From: Clostridia bacterium
GTDB lineage: Bacteria > Bacillota > Clostridia > UMGS1883
Length of the DNA stretch: 64,000 nucleotides
Direction: 5' to 3'
Assembly (NCBI GenBank): GCA_051866635.1
Contig: JBJDXJ010000038.1
Coordinates: 64,001 to 128,000, forward strand
Numbering within the stretch: the first letter of the stretch is position 1; each line of letters starts with the position of its first letter. Positions 1 to 10,161 of this stretch are shown here, piece by piece. A model generated the notes under the pieces. It was not told the DNA's origin, did not search any database, and saw only the letters and a list, made by a program, of their open reading frames with translations. Made by a program: the position numbers and the translations under genes.

Positions 1-249
1 AAAGACGAGGGCTTAAAGGCTATTGAAAAGCTGACAACAACAAATGTTTTAAACATATTTGATAAAGGTATAAAAGAAAGCCTAACAGGCCCCGTTGACA
101 GATTTGATACAGAAACAGTAAAAAAGCACCTTTCTGTTCTTACAGGTGAGGACAGGGAAATTTACAAATTATTGACAAAAAAACTTACTTATATAGCAGA
201 AGAAAAATATAATAAAGATTACTCTTTTTTCAGGAAGGAGTTAGAATGA
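1..249 (+). CDS. 3' end of Rossmann-like/DUF2520 oxidoreductase (PanG-type ketopantoate reductase candidate), partial
   Basis: Frame 1 open from the window edge: ...[18 protein letters not shown]...RKELE*. The LTGPxxRxDxxTVxxH motif is typical of DUF2520; the stop overlaps the panB start. Confidence 0.7.
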   Translation, partial: KDEGLKAIEKLTTTNVLNIFDKGIKESLTGPVDRFDTETVKKHLSVLTGEDREIYKLLTKKLTYIAEEKYNKDYSFFRKELE

Positions 250-1097
250 TGAAAAATACAACACTTACATTTGCCGCCATGAAGGAAAAAGGCGAGAAAA
301 TTTCAATGCTCACAGCATACGACTATTCAACTGCAAAATTAGTTGATAAGGCAGGAATAAACTCAATTCTTGTGGGCGATTCCTTAGGGATGGTAATGCT
401 TGGCTATAAAGATGCAACCTCTGTTACAATGGAGGACATGATTCACCATTGTAAGGCTGTAAGCCGAGGAAATGAAAATGCCCTTTTAATATGTGATATG
501 CCCTTTATGAGTTACCAGACAAGCGTTTATGATGCAGTAGTGAACGCAGGCAGACTTATAAAGGAAGGTGGTGCCGAGTGCGTAAAGCTGGAAGGCGGTG
601 TGACTGTTCAAGAACATATTAAAGCAATTGTAGATTGCGGTATACCCGTGTGCGGTCATATCGGGCTTACACCTCAGTCAATAAATGCTTTCGGCGGCTT
701 TAAGGTCCAGGGCAAAACATCAGAGCAAGCAATGAAAATTATCCATGATGCAAAGGCAGTTGAAAAGGCAGGTGCCTTTGCGGTAGTATTAGAAGGCATA
801 CCCGAAAAACTTGCGGCTATCATCACAAAGGAATTGACTATCCCCACAATCGGCATAGGTGCAAGTAACGTTTGTGACGGACAGGTTCTTGTTTATCAGG
901 ACATGGTAGGCATGTTTACGGATTTTACCCCCAAGTTTGTAAAACGCTACGAAAACATAGGCGAAAAAATGACTGCCGCATTTAAAAAGTACGATGAAGA
1001 AGTTAAAAACGGCACATTCCCAACAGTGGAATATACTTATAAAATAGATGAAAATGTTTTGAAAGAAATCGAGGCGTGTTTAAATGAAAGTATTTAA
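246..1097 (+). CDS. panB: 3-methyl-2-oxobutanoate hydroxymethyltransferase
   Basis: [32 protein letters not shown] motifs. Confidence 0.97.
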   Translation: MMKNTTLTFAAMKEKGEKISMLTAYDYSTAKLVDKAGINSILVGDSLGMVMLGYKDATSVTMEDMIHHCKAVSRGNENALLICDMPFMSYQTSVYDAVVNAGRLIKEGGAECVKLEGGVTVQEHIKAIVDCGIPVCGHIGLTPQSINAFGGFKVQGKTSEQAMKIIHDAKAVEKAGAFAVVLEGIPEKLAAIITKELTIPTIGIGASNVCDGQVLVYQDMVGMFTDFTPKFVKRYENIGEKMTAAFKKYDEEVKNGTFPTVEYTYKIDENVLKEIEACLNESI

Positions 1098-1920
1098 AAC
1101 AGTAAAAGAGGTCCGTGAATATGTAAATGCGGCAAAAAAGGCAGGTAAAACTGTGGGCTTGGTGCCTACAATGGGCTATCTCCACGAGGGTCACGCATCC
1201 CTTGTTAAAAAAAGCGTGGAAGAATGTGATGTTACCGTTGTAAGCATATTTGTAAACCCCACACAGTTTGCCCCCAATGAGGATTTTGAAGCATACCCCC
1301 GAGATTTGGAAAGGGACGTTATGCTTCTTACCGAATGTGGTGCAGATGCGGTTTTCAATCCCGAAGCAGAAGAGATGTACTATCCCGATGCCACAACTAA
1401 GGTTGTGCCTGATGTTTTAAGTAAAAACCTTTGCGGTAAAACACGTCCCATCCACTTTGGCGGTGTATGTACTGTTGTGAGCAAACTTTTCAATATTGTA
1501 ACACCCGACAGGGCATATTTTGGTCAGAAGGATGCACAACAGCTTGCAATTATAAAGCGTATGGTAAGGGATTTGAACTTCGGTATAGAAATTGTAGGCT
1601 GTCCCATTGTAAGAGAGGCAGACGGCTTGGCAAAGAGCAGTCGCAACACATATCTTAATGCTGACGAAAGAAAAGCGGCATTGTGCCTTTCACAGGCTGT
1701 TAAAATAGGACAGGATATGGTAAATAAGGGCGAGAAGAACACAAAAGCTATTTTAGACAAAATGATAGCTCATATTGAAAAAGAACCTTTGGCTAAAATT
1801 GACTATGTCCAGGCGGTTGACATGAGTATGCAGGATGTGGAAGAAATTACAGGCGAAACACTTTTTGCAATGGCAGTATATATCGGCAAAACAAGACTTA
1901 TAGATAACTTTATGGTTTGA
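1084..1920 (+). CDS. panC: Pantoate--beta-alanine ligase
   Basis: [39 protein letters not shown] motifs. Confidence 0.97.
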   Translation: MKVFKTVKEVREYVNAAKKAGKTVGLVPTMGYLHEGHASLVKKSVEECDVTVVSIFVNPTQFAPNEDFEAYPRDLERDVMLLTECGADAVFNPEAEEMYYPDATTKVVPDVLSKNLCGKTRPIHFGGVCTVVSKLFNIVTPDRAYFGQKDAQQLAIIKRMVRDLNFGIEIVGCPIVREADGLAKSSRNTYLNADERKAALCLSQAVKIGQDMVNKGEKNTKAILDKMIAHIEKEPLAKIDYVQAVDMSMQDVEEITGETLFAMAVYIGKTRLIDNFMV

Positions 1921-1936
1921 TTGACAGGTGATAAAT

Positions 1937-2326
1937 ATGACAATTACAATGTTAAAAGGTAAAATTCACCGTGCCAAGGTGACACAGGCTGAGATTAATT
2001 ATGTAGGCAGTATTACTGTTGACAGCGAACTGTTGGAAGCGGCAGGCATTTTGGAATATGAGAAAGTACAGGTTGTTGACATTACAAACGGCAACCGCCT
2101 TGAAACATATACTATTGCAGGGGAAGCAGGAAGCGGTGTAATTTGCCTTAACGGTGCGGCGGCAAAACTTGTTGATGTTGGTGACAGAATAATCATTATG
2201 GCATATGCACAGATGGATATGGAGGAAGCTGACGGGTTCAAGCCAAGAGTTGTATTTGTTAACAGAGAAAATAAAATAGTTAAAAAAGCCCGGTACGAAA
2301 AAGCGGGGGAATTATTCGACGAATAA
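1937..2326 (+). CDS. panD: Aspartate 1-decarboxylase
   Basis: [14 protein letters not shown] self-cleavage site, [14 protein letters not shown]; start placed at ATG 1937. Confidence 0.96.
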   Translation: MTITMLKGKIHRAKVTQAEINYVGSITVDSELLEAAGILEYEKVQVVDITNGNRLETYTIAGEAGSGVICLNGAAAKLVDVGDRIIIMAYAQMDMEEADGFKPRVVFVNRENKIVKKARYEKAGELFDE

Positions 2327-2337
2327 AAATTAAGGCA

Positions 2338-2364
2338 AGGCGGAAGTTTCTCACTTCCGCTTTA
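2338..2364 (+). terminator. Stem-loop after panD (possible terminator)
   Basis: ggcggaagt..acttccgct followed by a short T run. Confidence 0.45.
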
Positions 2365-2382
2365 ATAAAAGGAGAGAAAATT

Positions 2383-3357
2383 ATGAATTACAGAAATTTA
2401 GGTAAATGGGGACTTAAAATAAGCGAAGTGTCACTTGGAAGCTGGCTTACTGATTTAGGTAGCGAAGAACAAAGAGACAATGCGGAAAAAATTGTCCGCA
2501 AAGCATTTGAAGAAGGAGTTAATTTCTTTGACTGTGCAGATGCCTACAGCGGAGGCAATGCGGAAATATTTTTGGGTAATGTTTTAAAGGATTACCAGCG
2601 TTGTGACTATGTGGTGTCAAGCAAGGTGTTCTTCCCCATGGGAAAGGGGGTAAATAACCGCGGTCTTTCCCGCAAACACATTGTGGAAGCACTTGACAGA
2701 TCACTTAAAAATATGAACCTTGAATACCTTGATTTGTATTTTTGCCACCGTTACGACAGAGAAACACCTGTAGAAGAAACAATCCAAACCTTAAGCGATA
2801 TGGTTGATAAAGGAAAAATTCTCTATTACGGTGTAAGTGAATGGAGTCCTGTGCAGATTATGGAAGCACTTAACGTAATAGAAAAGAAGAGCTTAAGACC
2901 GATGAGCGTTATTCAGCCCCAATATAATATGATGGACAGGTATATTGAGGACGACATAATGGGTATATGCGAGAAAAACGGAATAGGTATAGTACCTTTT
3001 TCACCTCTTGCACAGGGGCTTCTTACGGGAAAATATCGTAAGGGTGCCCAAATCCCCCAAGGTTCAAGAGCAACATGGCAGTGGGATAAGCAGATAAACA
3101 ACCTTTTGACAGAAGAAAACCTTGACAAGGTGGAAAAACTTATTAAAATTGCAGAAGAGTTAGGTATTACAATGAGCCAGTTGGCACTCTCTTGGATACT
3201 GAGAAAACAGATAATTGCAGGTGTTATCACAGGTGCATCAAGCGTAAGTCAGCTTGAAAGTAATATCGGTGCATCGGGAATTGTTTTATCTTCCGATGTA
3301 CTCAGCGAGATTGATAAAATTTTGGACTATAAACCATTTTACAGAAAGATAGGTTAA
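2383..3357 (+). CDS. Aldo/keto reductase (Kv-beta-like subfamily)
   Basis: LGSW, FDCADAY, SSK, DLYFCH, GVSEW, QPQYN, SPLAQGLLTGKY. Confidence 0.92.
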   Translation: MNYRNLGKWGLKISEVSLGSWLTDLGSEEQRDNAEKIVRKAFEEGVNFFDCADAYSGGNAEIFLGNVLKDYQRCDYVVSSKVFFPMGKGVNNRGLSRKHIVEALDRSLKNMNLEYLDLYFCHRYDRETPVEETIQTLSDMVDKGKILYYGVSEWSPVQIMEALNVIEKKSLRPMSVIQPQYNMMDRYIEDDIMGICEKNGIGIVPFSPLAQGLLTGKYRKGAQIPQGSRATWQWDKQINNLLTEENLDKVEKLIKIAEELGITMSQLALSWILRKQIIAGVITGASSVSQLESNIGASGIVLSSDVLSEIDKILDYKPFYRKIG

Positions 3358-3361
3358 GTAT

Positions 3362-4351
3362 ATGTATTATGCAGATAACAACAGATATAAAGAAGCCGAA
3401 TATAAAAGATGCGGAAAAAGCGGACTCATGCTTCCAAAAGTAAGCTTAGGACTGTGGCATAATTTCGGAACAAATGCCAAAATGGACAACATGAAAAAGC
3501 TGTGCTTTACAGCCTTTGATAAAGGTATAACACATTTTGATTTGGCAAATAACTACGGACCCATTTACGGTGCGGCAGAGGAAAACTTCGGCAGAATATT
3601 GAACACAGAAATGAAACCCTACCGTGATGAAATGATAATTTCCACAAAGGCAGGCTACGATATGTGGGAGGGTCCTTACGGCAATTTCGGAAGTAAGAAA
3701 TATCTTGTTGCAAGCCTTGACCAAAGTTTAAAACGTATGGGGCTTGATTATGTTGATATCTTTTACCACCACCGCCCCGATTACGATACTCCCCTTTGGG
3801 AAACAATGCACGCTTTGGACAGTATTGTTAAAAGCGGCAAGGCACTTTATGTGGGACTTTCAAACTACAACGGTGAAAGAATGAAGGAAGCGGCAAAAAT
3901 CCTTGAAGATATGAACTGCCCATTTATTATTAACCAGAACAGATATTCAATAATGGACAGAACAATAGAAAATAACGGACTTTTAGATGCGGCAAAGGAA
4001 AAGGGCAAGGGTGTAATATGCTTCTGCCCATTAGAACAAGGGCTTTTAACCGACCGCTACATAGACGGCATCCCGATCGATTCAAGAGTTAAAACAGACG
4101 GCAGATTTTTAAACGAGTCGAGAATAACCCCCGAGGTTATAGAAAAGGTGAAACAGCTTAACTGCCTTGCAAAGGAACGTGGGCAGAGCCTTGCACAAAT
4201 GGCACTTGGATGGATATTAAAGGATGAGACTGTTACAAGCGTTTTAATCGGGGCTTCCAAGAGCGAGCAGATTATTGAAAATATTGAAGCGGTGAGAAAC
4301 ACATCATTTACCGATGAAGAATTAAAAATGATTGATGAAATTGTTAAGTGA
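3362..4351 (+). CDS. Aldo/keto reductase, YghZ/MgrA (L-glyceraldehyde-3-phosphate reductase) type
   Basis: SLGLWHNFG, FDLANNYGP, STKAGY, DIFYHHRPD, GKALYVGLSNY. Confidence 0.92.
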   Translation: MYYADNNRYKEAEYKRCGKSGLMLPKVSLGLWHNFGTNAKMDNMKKLCFTAFDKGITHFDLANNYGPIYGAAEENFGRILNTEMKPYRDEMIISTKAGYDMWEGPYGNFGSKKYLVASLDQSLKRMGLDYVDIFYHHRPDYDTPLWETMHALDSIVKSGKALYVGLSNYNGERMKEAAKILEDMNCPFIINQNRYSIMDRTIENNGLLDAAKEKGKGVICFCPLEQGLLTDRYIDGIPIDSRVKTDGRFLNESRITPEVIEKVKQLNCLAKERGQSLAQMALGWILKDETVTSVLIGASKSEQIIENIEAVRNTSFTDEELKMIDEIVK

Positions 4352-4443
4352 GAACACAAAAAATTAACAGTTAAATTGTTGAAAAGCAATGTTGTTTATG
4401 ATAATATAGAACTGTATTAAAGGGACAAAAAGGGGAGATTATT

Positions 4444-7400
4444 GTGAAAATGAAAAAAGTAATTAGCATCCTTCTTGCGATGATCATGGTAATAGGCATT
4501 GTGCCGATTATAAACGCCGAAGAAGAAACTATTGACCTTACAGAGGGCCTTATAGCTTACTATGACTTTGCGGAAGAGGGTACAAATTTGTCAACCATTA
4601 CCGATGCATCAGGTAACGGCAACGATGCAACGGTTCTTAACACCGTTGTAGCGGGTGACGGAGGATGGAATCCGGGGGCAAACAATGTGCTTACGGTCGA
4701 AAAAGGCGTAGCCACTTTCCCGGGTATGACAAACCCCACGCCCTGGAGTACATATAACGGTGCGGCATTAAAGCTGCCTAATGATTTTAACCAAAACGTA
4801 TCTTCCTTTACGTTTTCTGCATGGATTAATGCAGACGGAAGTTATACTTACGCAAATAAGCTGACAAGGTTTTTTGATTTTGGCAACTTAGGTGCGGAGT
4901 CAAATTATGCCTATAACAGCATTTTTGCCAGATACACATCTTCTTCCGGCCTTTTGCGTATTCAGGACAGAGAGATAAATAAGTATAAGGAAACAACACT
5001 TTCAACCATGCCCTTTACAGACGCATGGGGACTTTTCACTTTCATTTATGAAAAAAACGAGGACACAGGCTATTACGAAACAAAGGTTTACGTAAATGGT
5101 GAAGAAGTAAAGGAACTTTCAACAACAAATACTTTTACAAGAGGTCTTTCAGACCTTGGCGAGCTTGACGACAATTCTAACGGACTTTTTATCGGCAGAA
5201 CCGTGTGGGCTGCAACAAACCAGAACACCACGGAAAACCCTGACTTTAAAGGCAAGATGGACGAAATCCGTATTTATAACCGTGCTCTTACAGAAAATGA
5301 AGTTAAAGAGCTTTATAATACAACAAGCCCCGTTGGCATTATTGTAATGGAAAGCTTTGAGGCGGAAGATGTTACAACTCTTGCAGGGGATTACCCCCTT
5401 TTGCCCGAAACAGTAATTGTTATTTATAACACAGGTGCCGTTAAAACAGAACAGGTTACATGGGAACTTATTTCTTCCGATAAATACGCTCATACAGGTG
5501 TTATCCAAGTGAACGGAATAACAGAAATGGGCAATCCGGTTAGCGTAAATGTTACGGTAATAAAAAAGGATATATCAACCTTAAATCAAGGCTTGGTTGC
5601 GTATTACAGCTTTGATAATGACAGTGAACTGCCCAATACAATATCGGATATGTCAGGCAACAATAACAATGCAACTGTTCATAACCTTTACAAGGAGGTT
5701 TCCTCACGTTGGGGAACGTATGTTGTACAGGCAAATATGACTGTTTCAGACGGCGTCCTTTACTTCCCCGGTGCTATGATAGGAAGCGATGCAGGTATTC
5801 CGGGAAACAGCCAGAGAAACACCTTCTACCCCGGTCCGGCAATTAAAATGCCTGACGGAATAAATGAAAATATTGAGGAATTTACATACACAGCGTGGAT
5901 TTATGCAGATACGGATTACCGTTATTCCTCAAGTATTCAAAGATTTTTTGACTTTGGTACAGAAGAGAAAAATTCTTTCTTTTACCGTTACGTTCCCACA
6001 ACAGGTGAGTCACGTTTCCAGGACAGAGGCGTAGGAGCATCAAGTGACGATGCAAATTCATTAGTATCTGCCACACTTACGGATAATCCATTTGCCGATA
6101 AATGGGCACACCTTGCCATAACATATCAGAAAAGTGATTTTGGCGAATATTATACACCACATATTTACATAAACGGCGTTGAACGCTATGAGTACGATAA
6201 TACTCTCACAACGCTTACACGCTCTTTAGCTGATTTAGGTACATCTGAAAGTTCAAATTACGGCTTCTGGATTGGTAAAACACAGTGGGCAGCCAACTCC
6301 TCAGAAAATGCAAACAATCCTGAATTTAAGGGCAAAATGGACGAAATCCGCCTTTATGACAGAGTTCTTTCGGCAGATGAAATTGCAGAGCTTTACAACA
6401 GTAAAAAGCCATCGGATGTACCTGTTGACTATGACTCAATGTCTAAAACTGTAATTAATATTGATGAAGATGTTGAATTAAGCGGAAAATATCCATCTAC
6501 AAATATGAACGGTGAAACGGTCATGATGGTTTCCTCCAACAACGGTGCGGCATATACACGCTACGGTTTAATGCGTAAAAGCGAACTTTCAGCAGGGGAA
6601 ATTACAGCTATGGCAAACTGTGAAAAAGCAGTTTTAAGCGTTTATGTAACTAAGGTTGACAACTCAGGGGAAGACGAATATTACTGCTACGGCTTAACAG
6701 GGAATAGTAACTCATGGAACGTTGACGAAATAACTTACGACAACTATTCCGAATACTTAGGCGGAAATATCTCCAACGTGGGCGTTTTTGACAATGGAGA
6801 ACTTCTTGACACCCAAAAGGCGACAGGTGGCGAAAATAACTTCTATATGCAGTGGGATGTTACTGACTTTGTAAAGGAAAATGCATCTACAGGCTTTTCT
6901 TTCCTTCTCACTTGCGGAAGTGACGTTATGTATCTTTATACATCGGAATCTAATCAGACAGATATGATGCCCCGGTTAATTATCTATCAACAGGGTACAC
7001 CTATTACAATCAGCCGTGTTGATACGGAGGGCAATCGGATTTCTTCATCCGTTGTATACGGCGTTTTGGGCGAGAGCTATACATACTCTGCCCAGGATGC
7101 TCTTGTAAGCTACAACAATTCAATTTACGTTGTAAATAAAGAATTGTCCAATCTTACAATCGATTCTGTCACAGGTGAGGATGTTATAGAGGTTGTATAC
7201 GAAAAAGCTGAAAATGTCAGCATAGAAGAAGTAAACTTAAGAACTTATGTGGGCAAAGCGCCCACACTTCCAAGGGTACTCACTGTTACAAGCGGAGAAT
7301 ACAGTGCAATTTTCCCTGTGCAGTGGAACAGCATTGATCAATCGAGCTACAGTGAAAAAGGCCAATTTTTCCCCGAAGGTAAAATCCAGGGCACTGACAT

Positions 7401-9234
7401 TGACGTAAAAGCTACTGTTACCGTATTCCCCGAATATAACGGTCAGGTAGGCGGTGACTTGACCATAACAATTTTCGCAGATGATACATACAAGGAAACA
7501 ATAACAATAGAGGGTAGCTACGGCTCAACATTTACACTTTCCGAAAAATACGAAACATACCTTGGCAACATGTATGTTCTTACAGGAATTTTAGGCAGTG
7601 CAAATGCAATTGGCGACAGCGTTGTGATGAATGAATTAAATCAGAACATTGAGCTTTCATATACAATGAAAGAAGCTGTTGAAGCAGACCTTAATGTTAA
7701 AATTAAAGCTGATGACCTTGAAGGAACAAGCTACACAATGACTGTAAGTGCCGATGTTCTCAACACAAAACTTAATGACGAAACAGTTAAGGTGGTAATT
7801 GCAGACTATAACGACAACGGTGAACTTTTAAATGCAGTAACAGAAAGTGCAGTGGTTCCAAGCCGTACAGGCGAAACTGTCACCATTGAAAAGAGCCTTG
7901 TATACAACGAAGAAAAGCATAAAAACAGTGTTGTTTTCCTTTGGAATGGAAATGCAGAGCCTTTGACGGACACTGTTAAAATATGCGATGTTAAGATTTC
8001 AAGCTATCTTCCCGATGAAGTAATTAAAATGACCCCCACATATGATGGTGCAGTGGCAACACTCAGAAAGGCAAATGACTACTGGCAGAGTAATTACGCT
8101 TACAACACATGGACAAACGGTATACATCCCGCTTTCTGGGCAAGAGCCGCATATCATACAGGCAACATGGAAGTGTACAAACTTACAGGTGATGAAAATT
8201 ACCTTCAGCACTCCATCGACTGGGCTAATTACAACAAGTGGATGGGTAACGATAACACTTCTGCCGATCCATCCGAATGGACATGGGGCTATGACCAGAA
8301 CCAGGGCAGTAACGCAGTCCTCTTCGGTGACTGGCAGATATGCTTCCAGAGCTACCTTGATATGGCTGAATTTGGCGTAGAAGATGCAAATTTAGACAGA
8401 GTGTTCCAGGTTATGGACTATCAGGTTTCAAAAGAGGAAGATGCTTTCTGGTGGTGGGCAGACTCCCTTTACATGGTAATGCCCGTCATGACAAAACTTT
8501 ATAAACATACAGGTGACGAAAAGTATCTTGATGCACTTTACAAGTGGTTCAGATATGCAAAGGAACTTATGTATGACGGCCCCGGAGGTATTCCTGCAAC
8601 TAAAGACGGTTATACAACAAGTGCATCCTTAAGAAGCGGTGCCTACTATTCGGATCCCGATAACTATGCATACCTCTTCTACCGTGATGCGAATTATGTA
8701 TATCCCTTGAACCCCAACTCAGGTCATGAAAATGAAAAGAACTTCTGGGCACGTGGCGATGGATGGGTATTTGCAGGCTTAAGTAAGGTACTCTCCGATA
8801 TGCCCGAAACTTATGAGCATTACGATGAATTCTATAACACATATATGGAAATGGCACCTGCAATTATCGCTTGTCAACAAACGGATGAATCAGGTTACGG
8901 TTTCTGGACACAGAGCATGCTTCAGAACTATCCGGTAGGCAATAACGGCAACGACGAGGGTTATGAAACAAGCGGTACAGCCTTCTTCACATATGGCTTG
9001 TTCTGGGGTATTAACAACGGCCTTCTTGACGAAGAAACATACCTTGAACCCACGCTCCGTGCATGGGGATACCTTGAAAACGTTGCACTTCACGATAGCG
9101 GTAAAGTTGGCTACGTTCAGCCCATCGGTTCCAATGCAACTCAGGCAACAGCCTATGACACAACACAAGACTTTGGTGTAGGTGCATACTTGTTGGCGTG
9201 CTGTGAAGCTGCACGTTACGCACAAAATCAGTAA
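4444..9234 (+). CDS. Secreted multidomain glycoside hydrolase: 2x LamG-like, Ig-like and DNRLRE-like modules, C-terminal GH105/Glyco_hydro_88-type domain
   Basis: Signal peptide; two GL(I/V)AYYxF...KGKMDEIRxYxRxL domains; C-terminus LFGDWQICFQ, WWWADSLYM, FWARGDGW, ETSGTAFF, FGVGAYLLA. Confidence 0.85.
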   Translation: MKMKKVISILLAMIMVIGIVPIINAEEETIDLTEGLIAYYDFAEEGTNLSTITDASGNGNDATVLNTVVAGDGGWNPGANNVLTVEKGVATFPGMTNPTPWSTYNGAALKLPNDFNQNVSSFTFSAWINADGSYTYANKLTRFFDFGNLGAESNYAYNSIFARYTSSSGLLRIQDREINKYKETTLSTMPFTDAWGLFTFIYEKNEDTGYYETKVYVNGEEVKELSTTNTFTRGLSDLGELDDNSNGLFIGRTVWAATNQNTTENPDFKGKMDEIRIYNRALTENEVKELYNTTSPVGIIVMESFEAEDVTTLAGDYPLLPETVIVIYNTGAVKTEQVTWELISSDKYAHTGVIQVNGITEMGNPVSVNVTVIKKDISTLNQGLVAYYSFDNDSELPNTISDMSGNNNNATVHNLYKEVSSRWGTYVVQANMTVSDGVLYFPGAMIGSDAGIPGNSQRNTFYPGPAIKMPDGINENIEEFTYTAWIYADTDYRYSSSIQRFFDFGTEEKNSFFYRYVPTTGESRFQDRGVGASSDDANSLVSATLTDNPFADKWAHLAITYQKSDFGEYYTPHIYINGVERYEYDNTLTTLTRSLADLGTSESSNYGFWIGKTQWAANSSENANNPEFKGKMDEIRLYDRVLSADEIAELYNSKKPSDVPVDYDSMSKTVINIDEDVELSGKYPSTNMNGETVMMVSSNNGAAYTRYGLMRKSELSAGEITAMANCEKAVLSVYVTKVDNSGEDEYYCYGLTGNSNSWNVDEITYDNYSEYLGGNISNVGVFDNGELLDTQKATGGENNFYMQWDVTDFVKENASTGFSFLLTCGSDVMYLYTSESNQTDMMPRLIIYQQGTPITISRVDTEGNRISSSVVYGVLGESYTYSAQDALVSYNNSIYVVNKELSNLTIDSVTGEDVIEVVYEKAENVSIEEVNLRTYVGKAPTLPRVLTVTSGEYSAIFPVQWNSIDQSSYSEKGQFFPEGKIQGTDIDVKATVTVFPEYNGQVGGDLTITIFADDTYKETITIEGSYGSTFTLSEKYETYLGNMYVLTGILGSANAIGDSVVMNELNQNIELSYTMKEAVEADLNVKIKADDLEGTSYTMTVSADVLNTKLNDETVKVVIADYNDNGELLNAVTESAVVPSRTGETVTIEKSLVYNEEKHKNSVVFLWNGNAEPLTDTVKICDVKISSYLPDEVIKMTPTYDGAVATLRKANDYWQSNYAYNTWTNGIHPAFWARAAYHTGNMEVYKLTGDENYLQHSIDWANYNKWMGNDNTSADPSEWTWGYDQNQGSNAVLFGDWQICFQSYLDMAEFGVEDANLDRVFQVMDYQVSKEEDAFWWWADSLYMVMPVMTKLYKHTGDEKYLDALYKWFRYAKELMYDGPGGIPATKDGYTTSASLRSGAYYSDPDNYAYLFYRDANYVYPLNPNSGHENEKNFWARGDGWVFAGLSKVLSDMPETYEHYDEFYNTYMEMAPAIIACQQTDESGYGFWTQSMLQNYPVGNNGNDEGYETSGTAFFTYGLFWGINNGLLDEETYLEPTLRAWGYLENVALHDSGKVGYVQPIGSNATQATAYDTTQDFGVGAYLLACCEAARYAQNQ

Positions 9235-9243
9235 AATATAATC

Positions 9244-9407
9244 AAAGGGGCTGTAAAAAAAGTCTAATATAAGTTAAGACCATTTGGGACAGTCCCCCTT
9301 ATGGCAAATTGGGAGACAATTTGCCAAAGAAACCTTGCGAGGTTTTGTTGGGACAGTCCCGAAATGGTCTTTTGTTATCTCAGTGCTGACTTTTTTACAG
9401 CCCCTTT
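9244..9407. mobile_element. ~165-bp non-coding MITE/REP-like element with nested inverted repeats
   Basis: Outer IR aaaggggctgtaaaaaaagtc / gacttttttacagccccttt; inner IR aagaccatttgggacagtccc / gggacagtcccgaaatggtctt; two internal hairpins. Confidence 0.7.
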
Positions 9408-9445
9408 ATATGATAAAATTATATAAGTATGGGATGGTGATTAAT

Positions 9446-10147
9446 GTGAAAGCAATACTGTTTGATATGGACGGCACCCTTCTTCCCATGGATGAAGATG
9501 AGTTTACGAAAGGGTATTTTAAGCTTTTGGCACAAAAGCTGTGTCCCTTGGGAATTGACCCTGACACGCTTATTGATGCTGTGTGGTATGGCACAAAGTG
9601 TATGTACCAAAATGACGGCAGCAAGACAAACGAGCAGGTTTTCTGGGAAAGGTTTGCCGAAAAAACGCATCTTGACTATAAACCTTTTTACGATGCATCA
9701 AACGATTTTTACTCTAATGAATTTCACAAGGCTAAAATCTTTTCTGAGGAAAACCCTCTTGCCAAAGTTGCGGTGGAAATTGCACATCAAAAAGCAGATA
9801 AGGTTGTACTTGCCACAAACCCCTTGTTTCCAATGACAGGGCAGATTTCCAGAATGAGCTGGATGAATCTTACCCCATCTGATTTTGTTTTGGTTACAAG
9901 CTATGAAAACTGTTCTTTCACAAAGCCAAATCCAAAATACTTTGAAAAGGTTTGTGAATACATATGTGTTGAACCGAAAGATTGTTTGATGATAGGCAAC
10001 AGCGAAGATGAGGATATGCACGCTGCCGCAAAATTAGGTATGGACACATATCTTGTGGAAGGGTTTGTAAAACCCTCAAAGGTTACACCTTACGAAGGAA
10101 AACGAGGCAATTTTAAAGATATGATTGAATATTTAAAATCATTATAA
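9446..10147 (+). CDS. HAD-superfamily hydrolase
   Basis: ILFDMDGTL motif I, LATNP, KPNP, MIGN..EDM; start moved to GTG 9446 because the upstream extension runs through the repeat element. Confidence 0.9.
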   Translation: MKAILFDMDGTLLPMDEDEFTKGYFKLLAQKLCPLGIDPDTLIDAVWYGTKCMYQNDGSKTNEQVFWERFAEKTHLDYKPFYDASNDFYSNEFHKAKIFSEENPLAKVAVEIAHQKADKVVLATNPLFPMTGQISRMSWMNLTPSDFVLVTSYENCSFTKPNPKYFEKVCEYICVEPKDCLMIGNSEDEDMHAAAKLGMDTYLVEGFVKPSKVTPYEGKRGNFKDMIEYLKSL

Positions 10148-10161
10148 AGGAGAGGTAGAAA

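Noticed and set aside
2383-4351. Aldo-keto reductases as the missing ketopantoate reductase
   Set aside because: A DUF2520/PanG-like gene already precedes panB, a hairpin separates the AKRs from panD, and both look like common AKR subfamilies.
9284-9445. N-terminal extension of the HAD ORF
   Set aside because: Translates the palindromic element; HAD motif I starts right after GTG 9446.
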